From assembly GCA_904063045.1 (NCBI GenBank), contig CAJFCJ010000002.1:3901891-3965890 (forward strand): a stretch of DNA of 64,000 bases, read 5' to 3'. This DNA comes from Dimorphilus gyrociliatus (Eukaryota > Animalia > Annelida). Within the stretch, counting starts at the first letter, position 1. Every line of letters starts with the position of its first letter. A program made the translations under genes and the position numbers. Under the pieces are notes generated by a model. It was given only the letters and a program-made list of their open reading frames with translations. It was not told where the DNA came from and made no database searches. Below, one piece after another: positions 36,227 through 47,584 of the stretch.

Positions 36227-38303
36227 ATGCAAACTGGATCGGTGTTCGATTTTTTAAAGAAGTTTGACGCCTACCCTAAGACGTTAGAAGACTTTAGGAT
36301 AAAAACATTTTATGGAGCAATTAGTAAGATTTCTACACAGTTCTTTTATTTCGTAATCATATTTTTGTTGGTTTCAGTTACAATAGTTAGTGGAATATTC
36401 ATGTTTGGTCTCTTTGTATCCGAACTAAGTTACTACTTGTCGGTGGAGGTCCATTCGGAATTGCTTGTCGACGCGACATTAGATCAAAAAGTAAAAATCA
36501 ATTTTGATATTACCTTTCCAAAAACGGGATGCGACTGTAAGTGAGATTTATTGTTTAGCTAGATATCTAATATCATTTATTACTAAATTGTAACTAGATT
36601 TAAGTATGGACGCTATAGATGTAAGTGGTGAACAGCAGTTAGGTGTTGATCATGACATTTATAAAGAAAGGTTAGATAGCAGTGGCGCACCGCTAAATTC
36701 GGTACCGGAAAAAGAAGGTAAGTTTATATCAGTTTTAATACTTTACAATAGTAAACAAATTGTCATATTTAATTTAATTTTAGAAATTGGAAAAACTGTA
36801 GAAACTGCTGAAACTACAGTAAGTTATTTGCCCCGGAAAATATAAAAACTATAATTTAGTGCATTATGGTTTACAGACCACTCCCCCTCCTATACTAGAT
36901 CCAAATAGATGTGAAAGTTGTTACGGCGCTGAGTCTGCCCAATTTAAGTTTGTTTCGTGTTTTCTTCAATAAGTAAAAGATTATTTGTTCTATGACTTTT
37001 TAGATGTTGCAACACTTGTGATCAAGTCCGACAAGCGTATAAGCTAAAAGGTTGGGCTTTAAGTAATCCACAATCTATTGAACAGTGCAAAAGAGAAGGA
37101 TTTAGTGATACGGTAAGGAATTTTTTTCCTTATTATTAAGAAATTTAAATAAACTAATTTAATCAAAAAAGATAACCGTGACTCAAAAAGAAGGTTGCAG
37201 AGTGTACGGTGTGTTAAAAGTAAATAAGGTCGCTGGAAATTTTCATATTGCTCCCGGAAGAAGTTTTCAACAGCATCATGTTCATGGTAAGTGCACTTAT
37301 GAGGAATTTAAAAAATATATGATGAAAATTCTTATTTATTATGTGCCTCATTCCAATTAAATATCGTCCTCATTAAATACTTAATCTATACAAAAAAAAA
37401 CGAAATCGAGTTTTATTGATTTCCTTTTTGAAAGTAAAAAATCAAAATTAAAAATTATTTAATTATTGTGATTAGAGGATTTTGCAGTTTTTACTAAAGT
37501 CGAAAACAAAGATATCTAATCCAGTTATTTTCTTTTCAGTTCACGATATGCAGGGGCTTGCTGGTCAACAGGTAATAAAATTTTTATCTCAAATATACAA
37601 GTTAGAGATCAGCGTTTACTGTTATCTTTGCAGTCTATACGTATATATAATTTGTATTGCAGTTCAATGTTACTCATCGCATAAGGCACCTAAGTTTTGG
37701 AGATGAATATCCTGGCATTGTTAACCCTTTGGATGAAACGGAACAAATAGCTGATCAGAGTAAGTATACAAATTATAATCAATAAAAAATAAATATAATA
37801 TGAACACTTTTAATTTAAGCAAATAGAATTTTTTTGATCTATTTATAGATATTTAATGGGACAAATTTATTTTAAACTTACAGTAAAAAAAACAGTTAAA
37901 AGTTTTTTAATTCAATATATTGGAAATCTTCAGTGCTATTTTTACTATTATTAATTCTCCTAATTAATATTCAGGTGCCGTCATGTTCCAATATTACGTA
38001 AAAGTTGTACCTACAACTTATGTTGAAGTGAGTGGTAAAGAAGTAAAAACAAATCAATTCTCAGTTACAAAGCATCGAAAATTTCCAAATCTGGGGGAAC
38101 AAGCCTTACCAGGAGTTTTTATTATATACGAATTGTCTCCTATGATGGTTAAACACACAGAAAAAGCGAGAAGTTTCATGCATTTCTTAACCAGTGTTTG
38201 TGCAATAGTTGGAGGTGTCTTTACAGTTGCTGGTCTGTTAGATTCGGCCGTTTATAATTCTGGTAAAATTATACACAAATTTCAAATAGGTAAATTGTCA
38301 TAA
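36227..38303 (+). CDS. ERGIC3: ER-Golgi intermediate compartment protein 3 (Erv46 family), 10 exons traced
   Basis: KFDAYPKTLEDFRIKT, MDAIDVSGEQQL, CESCYGAE, EGCRVYGVLKVNKVAGNFHIAPG, FQYYVKVVPT, SFMHFLTSVCAIVGGVFTVAGLLDS. Confidence 0.93.
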
Positions 38304-38847
38304 CGATTGAACGAATCGATTAGGTAACCTTTCTATGGAATATAATCGATACCTATTTATTGCGTTTTTTTTTCTAAAAAGCGTCAAATCGTTGTTCAGT
38401 TGTTCCTTGAGTAAAAAGGAATGATTAATCTTTATTTATTTATATTGTTTATCGTATGTGTAAGTTAACAGTCTAAAAGGCAAAATTATAGGATATAAGG
38501 CGGCAGATGGGAAAAGTAGTTTAGCTAAAGAAAAAAGGGTTTAAGTTTTAAATCATAATATTTAACTATATTATGAAAGGAAAACTTTAAAAAATGTAAA
38601 ATAAGTTTATCTCGTTATTTCATACAAATTATATTTTAGCAATAAAGGAGTAATTAAGCATTTAATATTACGATATTAAACTTTAACTTTGTAAATTATG
38701 TTTTCAAAAAGTTTTCTTAGATTAATTAATTTTTTTTTGTGTTACTTTTTCTAAATGTTTTCAAGGGATTACTAGGAAATCTATTATCTCTTTTTTTAAC
38801 GAAATGTCCAGTCTGAAGCACTTATGTGTTTGTTTTAGATATGGGAT

Positions 38848-38849
<2 letters not shown>

Positions 38850-38890
<41 letters not shown>
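38850..38890. repeat. (AT)n microsatellite
   Basis: Long AT run with one interruption. Confidence 0.9.
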
Positions 38891-39084
38891 CTTGTTTATA
38901 TACTGTATTCATCAATTTTCTTTCTAATTAAACATTTTTATCCAATCATCCTGCTAATTGTAAATTTTTTTTTATAAACATCATTTAGTTGTATAACATT
39001 GTTATTGTTTGTGATAAACAGTTTAAAAGTAATAATATGAATACATAATATAAAATAATAAACATAAAACATGAATTTGTATTC

Positions 39085-39550
39085 TTAAATCTTCATACCA
39101 TCTCCTGCTGCAAGACTTTCTTGACTTATTTCCTTCGTTTTATAATTAACCCTTAGCCATTCAGTAGGATTTTCCGTTGATGCTTCTTCCGGAGCAATTT
39201 GTAAGAGGAGTGTATCGACAGGTTTGTCGTAAGTAAAATAATAGACAAACTAGAGAAAGAAGGGAGCACTAATGAATTTTTTTTTGGTTCAGCGATAAGG
39301 AAACACCAACCTTGTTGTCAAAGACTAGGAGTTCTTGAATTGGTATTGAAAATCGACTAAAGCTCGATGGATCATCGGCAGGTTTAAATATAATAACAAA
39401 TGACGAAGGTGTCTTCGAACTTTGAAAAGTCCAAGACAATCTTAGAAAAGCTCTTGTCAATTTACATCCCTCTAAACAAAATCTGCACGTTGATGAAAGT
39501 CGATCAAAGTCCACAGTTGACTTTTGATTATTCGAATTCGTATCAGACAT
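39085..39550 (-). CDS. Uncharacterised 134-aa protein, two exons
   Basis: Exon 39550-39311, 61-nt GT..AG intron, exon 39249-39085 stays in frame; ACCGGAAG promoter motif at 39704. No family recognised. Confidence 0.6.
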
Positions 39551-40778
39551 GACTTTTCACTGTGATCGTATTATTATTTTGGCTTTTATTCTTTACTATT
39601 CGAACGTTTAATAAAACGTAAATAATCCGCATTCAAAATTAGAAAGATTAATAAACGACAACGTTGATTATATTCACTTTTCTAAGCCTATCACTGATGC
39701 ATGACCGGGAAGGGAAAATTAAAACATCGATTTTGTCGAAAATTAATTCCTTTGAATCAGCAAAATGCTGATGAGAAGCATTTGTATAGAAGTTCGTTTG
39801 CTTGTTTTATTGATTGTTTAAAACACGAAAATTTCATCAGGGATAATCAACTATCCGTAGGTCGGATCGCTAATTTACTTGAGGTAGTTGTTTAATTATA
39901 CCAGAATGACATTTCTCTTTGCACTTCATGTATTTTGCAGTAATGAAGTTTGTTTATTCAAAAAAAACCTACGCAAATCTTATTCATGATTACGTGTATA
40001 TCAATTTTAGTCAAGTCCACTAATAGAATCTTTTTATAAATTAACCTAATTTTTAGTCCAACTTCCATGAAGTGAGTGGGTCGAAGAGAACAATGCTTCT
40101 TAGATCGAATACGGGGTCGATGTGAATTAAGATTGTTCTACACGGCTCATTTACTCTTTAAGTACATAGTATACAATGAAAACAATTAGGAAACGCCAAG
40201 ATTCAAGTTCAATGAACCTATTCATGAGTGATTGACTAAATAGGCCTAAATGCATTGTTTAAGAAGCTAGTAAGAAACATCATACTAATTATATTGTTTA
40301 TATATTTAAATTCTGTTGATTTAGTTTTACTTTAAATTTTTAAAACTGATGATATCATGCTATAAACAAGAGATATCTTATCGAACGTTATTGAAATTTT
40401 TCTTTTTGTTTCTAATAATCCATAAAGTAATAAGAACTAACGAAGAAATAAGACAATAGTCTATTTATTAAAAGATTCGAATTACGTCATGAGCAGAGAT
40501 TATAATTTCAAAAATATATTCTTAAAGTTTGCACAGAATATATCTATATTTTCACAAACTGCAATTGTTTGTTCAAGTATTAATATATATGTTCTGTAAA
40601 TTCGATACTTCTTTTCATTGTCTCAATCGAAGATTACGCAAATTAAAACTTGTCGAATAGTAAAAAGAATACAATAATTGCCAGGAACCAGTTTATCGTC
40701 ACGCTACACCAGATTCAGAATGAATTAGCGCGCGGCAGACAGCGCTGTCGACTGTAAACATAGCATTTGTGATCAGAT

Positions 40779-43700
40779 ATGGCTGAGGAAGATAACTTTT
40801 TTAAATCTATAGTCAAAAACGGTTCGACATCGTCGGCCGCAAAATTCGAAGATTGTTTCCAACTCTTCGATTCCGATAAGTTCGTCTAATTTTAAAGATG
40901 GACAACATTTAAATTACCTCATTAAAAAATTCCATTTTTGTTTCCAGAGACGGATTTCTGAATAAAACTGAATTTCAACGATTACTTCAACGAGCATTCG
41001 ATGACAGTCAAATAGATGAAACTAAAACCTTAGAGTTTCTAAAAGTGCTCGACAAAGATAAGGTAAGAATAGAATGATGCGTTTGCATTTTTTTGAAATA
41101 TGAAACGAAAAATCTTTGATCGAATTTGAATAGAAAATAATATATTCTCCTAATGTTTTGTTAATAATCTCAGCTGGTTTATATTTATGGGCAAATGGTA
41201 TAGAACTCGTTCATTTTCGTTCAATGATTTAAATAAATCTTGACGAAGAAATAAGGTATCATGCGACCTCTATCAATATTCAAATACGTCAACAAATCAA
41301 TCTTAATCGATTATCCATACTTTAACACAACAATTAAAATTTACTGATAATAAAGTTAATTGAATAATAATGTTAATTCGAACGCTGAACAGTTGAACTC
41401 ACGTGCCCCCGTTAATAGGAATATCACAGCGCCCGATTGAAATGATTGATTATCAATCCATTTGACCACCTGCAACATAAATTGCCTGTTTTAGCATAAC
41501 CTTACGTTAGCTTATCGTATTTTAAAAAATTTTTCCCTCTAATGTTATTACGACATATCAATACTAAGGTTGCCCTGGATCAGAAATTTTTCTCTTTTAA
41601 ATAGAACTCTTAATATTAATTTTTTATAAATATGTTTCTATTTTAAGGGTTTTTTGCAGAAATAATAGCTAATAAATGTTATTTTTAAAGAACACTAATA
41701 TATACCTTTCAAGATAATCTCAAGGATGCACTATAAAAGTATATTATGCAGTGTTTATATATATATATATGTTTCTGTAATTTTATCTAAAAATGCTAAT
41801 GGTTTATCTATTGATTTTGATAAGGAAAATAGATTTAATTTCTAAATTATTTCAATAATATGGACTATAGTACAAAAATATGAAATGAACTATATTTTAT
41901 ATGCACTTTTGTACAATACTCCATATATTTTATTCAGATGTGATCTTGGTAGTTTTGATCATTGAATTTCTCGACTCGAGTCTTTTCTTCCTTTGATTGA
42001 CTTACATTAATTCTATTAGTAAATTTTGTAGATTACAGCAACAGTAACAGGCAAGCGAATTATTAATTGTAATTATAATAATACTAATAATGAACGCAAT
42101 ATTGAAATATTGTTTTTTTCCATTTCATCTTATAAAATGTAGAATGCAAACAAAACGTTCCTTGACAACGGAACGACGTTTCGTCGCACCTTTCTCTATA
42201 CCCAGCTTTTCGATTTATTGAAATTCTATTTATAGTTCAAAGTGTTATATAGTGTTGATCGCATGACAAAAACGTCAAGTATTCTTCAAAATTAATGAAA
42301 ATGACTGTTGTTTGTTTTTCTCTATTATATTGTTTCAATGGCTCATAATGTGAATTATTATTACTGATAAGTTAATTAAAATATTGTTTACAAAGGTCAT
42401 AATTACGGAAAGGAAACATTAGGAAAGAAACTTTGAAATAGCTAGTAAATCAAACCTATTGATCTTGTACTGTAATAATTCAATAAAGCGTTAAAGAGCA
42501 CAAAAGCAACCACAATAATACTTGAAACAAAACACATGACAAAACTAAACAGCATCTATTGAATGTGTAGTCATACTGCCGTGTTCCGTAAAGAGACTAT
42601 TGATCGCTGACGTGCTTTTTTCTATTTTTTACAGGATGGTAAAATTAACAAAACTGAATTTGAAACATGTTGGTTCCACTGGTTGAAACAAGTAAGTTTT
42701 GCAGTCTAAAGCAAGAAGAGACTATCCGCCTCTTTTTTTTAGCTAATCAATTTTTCTCATATTTTTTTCAATTAAATTCTAGGTGTTCGACCCGAAAACC
42801 GCTTTAATTGTGGTCGACGTTCAAAACGATTTTATAGACGGAACTCTTGCAATCAAAAAAGGAGACGCAAAACAAGAGGGATCGGAAGTTATACCTGTCA
42901 TCAACAAGGTAAGGAATACTAGACGATGGATAGTTATACATAATATACGATACATTATATTAATAATATACTTTTTTAGATGCTGGATGAAATAAACTTT
43001 GATTTTGTTGTCTACTCAAAGGATTGGCATCCAAAGGATCATATATCGTTCGTTGAAAATGTCTCAAAAAGACCTCTCCATAAACGTAGTGCTGTACGTA
43101 TTCAATTTTCAAGTGGATATTTCCTTAAGAGAATAAAACTTGATTTACAAATAATTAAAAAGAAACAACACCTTTTCTCTTCGCAGATATCTAATGCTTC
43201 CGAGGCGAAAGAATTAGATATTGTTGTGTTTGATGGAGACATTGTTATGGAACAAAAACTTTGGCCCGCCCATTGTATTCAGAGCAGTTGGGGAGCTGAA
43301 TTACATAAGGATCTAAAGGTATATGTTACATTAAAAATATAACATTATCACAAGGTTAATCTTTCTTACCTTTTTTATGTTCAAATATTTATTTATGTCT
43401 ACGCATATTTATTTATATAAATATATTTATGTATTTATTGATGAATATTTAAATGTAGAAAGAAAGAGAATTGACCATATAATTAATCGATCTTGATCGA
43501 TCTCTTCTTCTTTCCGTTGCAGGTCGTTGACAATTCCATAAATATTAACAAGGGTACCAACCCAAATATAGACAGCTATTCTGCATTTTGGGATAATAAA
43601 ATGCTGTCCCAAACTGGTTTAGTAAATGAGCTTACCAAAAGAGGAATAACTGACGTTTATGTTTGTGGTCTGGCCTATGACGTGTGTGTTTCTTCAACGG

Positions 43701-43832
43701 CTATTCATTCAATTGAACACGGTTTTCGAACATTGATTGTTGAAGATGCTTGCAGAGGTTTGAAAGTAAACACTATCAACCAGATGAAGGATAGATTTTT
43801 AAGGAAAGGCGGCATGATTATCCAATCTTGGG

Positions 43833-43869
<37 letters not shown>

Positions 43870-44084
43870 ATATATATAGATGTTTATAGATATATATACA
43901 TGAATTGATTAATGATTGCAGCAACTGTATAAGATTCTTATAATGCTAATTTACACAGGTTCAGCCTATAGCAGGAGCTAAAAAAAGGCCTGTTACACTT
44001 GGATATCAAGCTGCTCTCAATATTGCCATGGCTAAAAACTTGGTAATGACCGATTCTAGAAAGCCAAATGGCACCAAATCGTAG
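40779..44084 (+). CDS. Naam: Nicotinamidase (isochorismatase fold) with two N-terminal EF-hands
   Basis: EF loops DSDKDGFLNKTEF and DKDKDGKINKTEF assembled across introns; ALIVVDVQNDF, YSKDWHP, WPAHC, NKGTNPNIDSYSAFWDN, GLAYDVCV (Asp-Lys-Cys triad). Confidence 0.9.
43836..43863. repeat. (TA)n microsatellite starting at a splice donor
   Basis: GAG|GTATATATATA... at the last Naam intron (43835-43958). Confidence 0.9.
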
Positions 44085-45924
44085 AATAGATGTGGTGATA
44101 GAAAAGAAAAAGAGATAATATTCAGTTTCTTCCAATCATTTTTAAAGCAAAAAATCTATTAAATCATCATGTTGAAAAAGTTATCGCATTCTGTGATATT
44201 ACGAACGAAAATCTTTTCTATATAATAGTCATCCTCTTTGAGTTTGAAATTACTCTGTTAACGAGTGAAAGACAAACAAGTGCACCAGAAAGGCACAGTT
44301 GACATGCATGCTTGTAAAACTGCCATGTTTATTATTAAGTGTCATTTGCAAATTATATGGCTTTTTGCGTATATTCAATAAAGCTTTGAAGAAAGAGCAC
44401 ATAAATTTAAAATATTATAATAAATAAATAATAATAATCCAGTTCTGAAAAACATCTTATCCATGAAAATTTATCCAATCTACTTAACCGACCAGGCGTC
44501 AAAATAATCGATTCATTTCACGTTTCTCACGCAGCTAATAATTTCCGTTGAACGAACAATAGAATCATAAATTTTCTTAATACTGCGTCTACTTCTCTAT
44601 GGAGCTCGTCAGAAAAGAAACTTCCATCTTCGAATAAAACCTAGAAATCTATTCTATTCCTATGCAATATGAAATTAAAATTAGCATTTGTTTTCCATTG
44701 TATTTATATTTTTAAATTTCTACAGACATGCTGAAAAACAAGACAAACAATACAACAATAAAAACACAAATTGTAAGATAAACAGAAAAAAAACATCATG
44801 TTAAATATTCTTTTAATCTAATTTTGTTTTTAAATAATTTCTATTAATATTCTATTTTCTAGAATAAAAAAGTTATTCAGGAAGTAGGTTTCGTAATGAT
44901 TAATAATAAGAATTAACATATCTTTAATTATCGATCACTCTACAGGAATGATCCGAAAAGAGAGAGAGAGAGAGACAAAGAAAGAGAAAGAGAAAGTAAT
45001 TTAATTTGAGGACTATTTTTCTCTTGTAAATAAGAAAAAAAAACTTTAAATCTCTAATTAAAAACAAATATAAATAAAAAAAACATCTTTTAATACTAAA
45101 AACAAAAATGAGGTTAAACATTCTCATATTTCATATGTTTTTATATTCAATAAAAAGAAAGAACTAGATAAAATACAGTACAAGTCTTAAAAACAAAAAC
45201 TAGAGAAGAAAATGTTAATTCTTCGTTTTTTGTGAAGAAAGAAATCTTTTCTTATATTTCTTTAAAAAATGATGTTAAATAATTTAGAAAATGAAAAAAA
45301 ACAAAAAGGAAAAAAAAAGAATCTTTTCATTACATAGATTGATAATTTGAAAAGTATTAAAAGTGTGAAAACTATTACTACTTCTTTTTTATATTTTTGC
45401 CACAAAAGCCAACTATTCAACTTTTGTCATGAAATATTGATAAAATCAAGAGAATAGATTATATATTATTGGTGTTTACAGATTTTCTTTTTTTTTTAAT
45501 AAAAAAGTTTGAATTTGCAGTGTTCAAATATAGAAAGTAAAAATTTCCTTTTTTAAATGTTTTAATTAATAATTTACAGGAACTTAAATTAAAATAAAAT
45601 CATTAAATTAAATCCTCATTGAAATTTAAGAGTAAATTTAGTGATTTTTCTATAATAATAATATTTCATTTAACCATAATAAGGGAGAAATTTTGTTCTA
45701 TTAAGAATCGAAATAATATTCAAATATTAGCCAAGTTAGGAGTCAATAGGAAAATAAAAGAGATATACATAATAACTGAAATAGTTTCCATTTATACTTT
45801 TGTCAATTATTCACTGCCTGTAATTAAAGCAAACTTTACAATATTTAAAAATATATGATTGCACCGGTTTCTACATTTTACATTCGTCTGTGTATTTAAT
45901 AAAAGTGTAGAGCGAATGCGCACA

Positions 45925-45926
<2 letters not shown>

Positions 45927-45971
<45 letters not shown>
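45927..45971. repeat. (TA)n microsatellite
   Basis: About 22 uninterrupted TA units, intergenic. Confidence 0.95.
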
Positions 45972-45977
<6 letters not shown>

Positions 45978-46333
45978 TGATTAGATTGATAGTTTTGGCA
46001 ACGATCTATAATATTATGTTTATATAGTCAAAGGACATTGTGGATATTGATAAAAGTTTAAAAATCATAATATAGATGGCGTTCACAATTGTTTGCTTGA
46101 GCGAAATTTAGTTCAATGTTCACCAAATCGAATAAAATAATGATAGAATTAGTGATGCATTGAAAAAATTACAATATTCAAGGATATTTGGAAGCTTTTT
46201 TATTAATTAAAAGAGTAATTTTTTTATTTATAAATTTATAACCGGAACCGGAAAAACAAATCCTAAATTCGTGTTTTCCTTTCCTTGTTTATCATTTATA
46301 TGATTATTTTTTAAAAGTGACAATCTCACAAGA

Positions 46334-47419
46334 ATGACGACCAAGGAGGTATATATTACAGAACTATTAGATCACAATAAAAATCCGATGTCAGAGAAGA
46401 TTTTTGAGATTGCTCTCCGAAAAGCTTCTCGCAAATCATCAGCTTATGACGAATATACAATCAAATTTAGCTATGTTGAAAAAGTTCAAAAGAAATTTAT
46501 GATCAAGTTCAATAATCAAGATGTACAAGAATATCCACCCGAAATTTTTCCCCAGGATGACGAAAATTTTTTGCCCGACTTGAATGAAATGAAATCTATT
46601 ACACATTGGGATAAGAACGATCACTCAGCATTTGTAGAATTATTATTAGATCTCTACCGCCAATATCAAAAATATCAAGTTGAAAAGTTAAATTCAAATG
46701 AAAGAATGAGAAGAGAATACGAACTCTTGATGAAAAATAGATGTATCGGACCCTCAGATATAGAGGTTTTTTGCCAAAATGATAATGGACCCTATGTATT
46801 TCACATAAACTTAAATGTAACAACTTACGTTAAGGCTTTCACGAAGGATAAAAGTAATAACCGATTCACTGCCAAACTAACGGTTACATTTCGAGGTAGA
46901 GAACCTGAGAAAGTACAGCCTGACCTTTTGTTGTCTGAAAACCTTGAAGATATTATCGGCGGAATACGAAGACTACAGATACCCCCCTATTCTATAAGAA
47001 CATCGCTCGCGGACTATGTTCCTGTAATTATAGAAGCCTTGAAAACTACTTTACAAAATGGTGTTAATCAGAAGAGAACGAAAATTGAATTTTTCCTTCA
47101 GTTCAGAGAAAAATATAGGGAGAGTCTTATAGAAATGAACGATGAAGTAATAACTGTACTCCTTACATGGAATGATTTTATGTTTACAGTTCAATTAAAA
47201 TTACCCTTATCCTTTCCCGTTGATTCTCCTGCATGCTATTTAAAGTCAATATTTCATCGAAACAAAGACGTTAAATCGATCTATTCGAAAAAAATTGAAC
47301 AGTATCCACATAGTCCGAGATGGTCGGCTCAAGAAATGCTATCAAGATTTCATTCAGCAGTTATAGAAAATGTTCCTAGTTTTAAAGAAGAATCAGTAAA
47401 GAGAGGTCAATTTATGTGA
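46334..47419 (+). CDS. BABAM2: BRISC/BRCA1-A complex member 2 (BRE/BRCC45), intronless CDS
   Basis: YPPEIF..D.NFLPD, LADYVPVI, LLTWNDFMFTVQLKLPLSFPVDSP, YPHSPRWSAQEM correspond to recalled BRE motifs (PPDF..FLPD, LIDYVPQV, LLMWKDFCF..LPLFFP, YPYSPRWDGNEM). Confidence 0.85.
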   Translation: MTTKEVYITELLDHNKNPMSEKIFEIALRKASRKSSAYDEYTIKFSYVEKVQKKFMIKFNNQDVQEYPPEIFPQDDENFLPDLNEMKSITHWDKNDHSAFVELLLDLYRQYQKYQVEKLNSNERMRREYELLMKNRCIGPSDIEVFCQNDNGPYVFHINLNVTTYVKAFTKDKSNNRFTAKLTVTFRGREPEKVQPDLLLSENLEDIIGGIRRLQIPPYSIRTSLADYVPVIIEALKTTLQNGVNQKRTKIEFFLQFREKYRESLIEMNDEVITVLLTWNDFMFTVQLKLPLSFPVDSPACYLKSIFHRNKDVKSIYSKKIEQYPHSPRWSAQEMLSRFHSAVIENVPSFKEESVKRGQFM

Positions 47420-47584
47420 AGGGAAATTTAAATCGAATTGCCCAATTTACAATAATCTTTTTGATAGTAATGGAAAACAAGTGTTACCTTTAAATTAATT
47501 TATATACAAAATATTTGTAATAATTATATTTGAATGTTTCGCTGTATTATGTACACTTAAAAGTCTGCTGTATTGCAATTAGCA

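Noticed and set aside
36324-36377. Stop-free in-frame short introns (ERGIC3 intron 1; also PRKDC near 24875-24931)
   Set aside because: 54-57-nt 3n introns lacking stops are expected by chance among so many introns.
39701-39895. ORF MTGKGKLKHRF... as an alternative coding first exon of Naam
   Set aside because: No in-frame splice path to the EF-hand exon found; more likely promoter or 5'UTR.
42156-42186. Overlapping small hairpins CGTTCC/GGAACG and CGACG/CGTCG in Naam intron 2
   Set aside because: 5-6-bp stems; no family match or second copy.
44726-44996. Acceptor-like sites and an AG-repeat 'exon' downstream of Naam
   Set aside because: Low-complexity (AG)n/A-rich DNA; no phase-compatible, meaningful extension.
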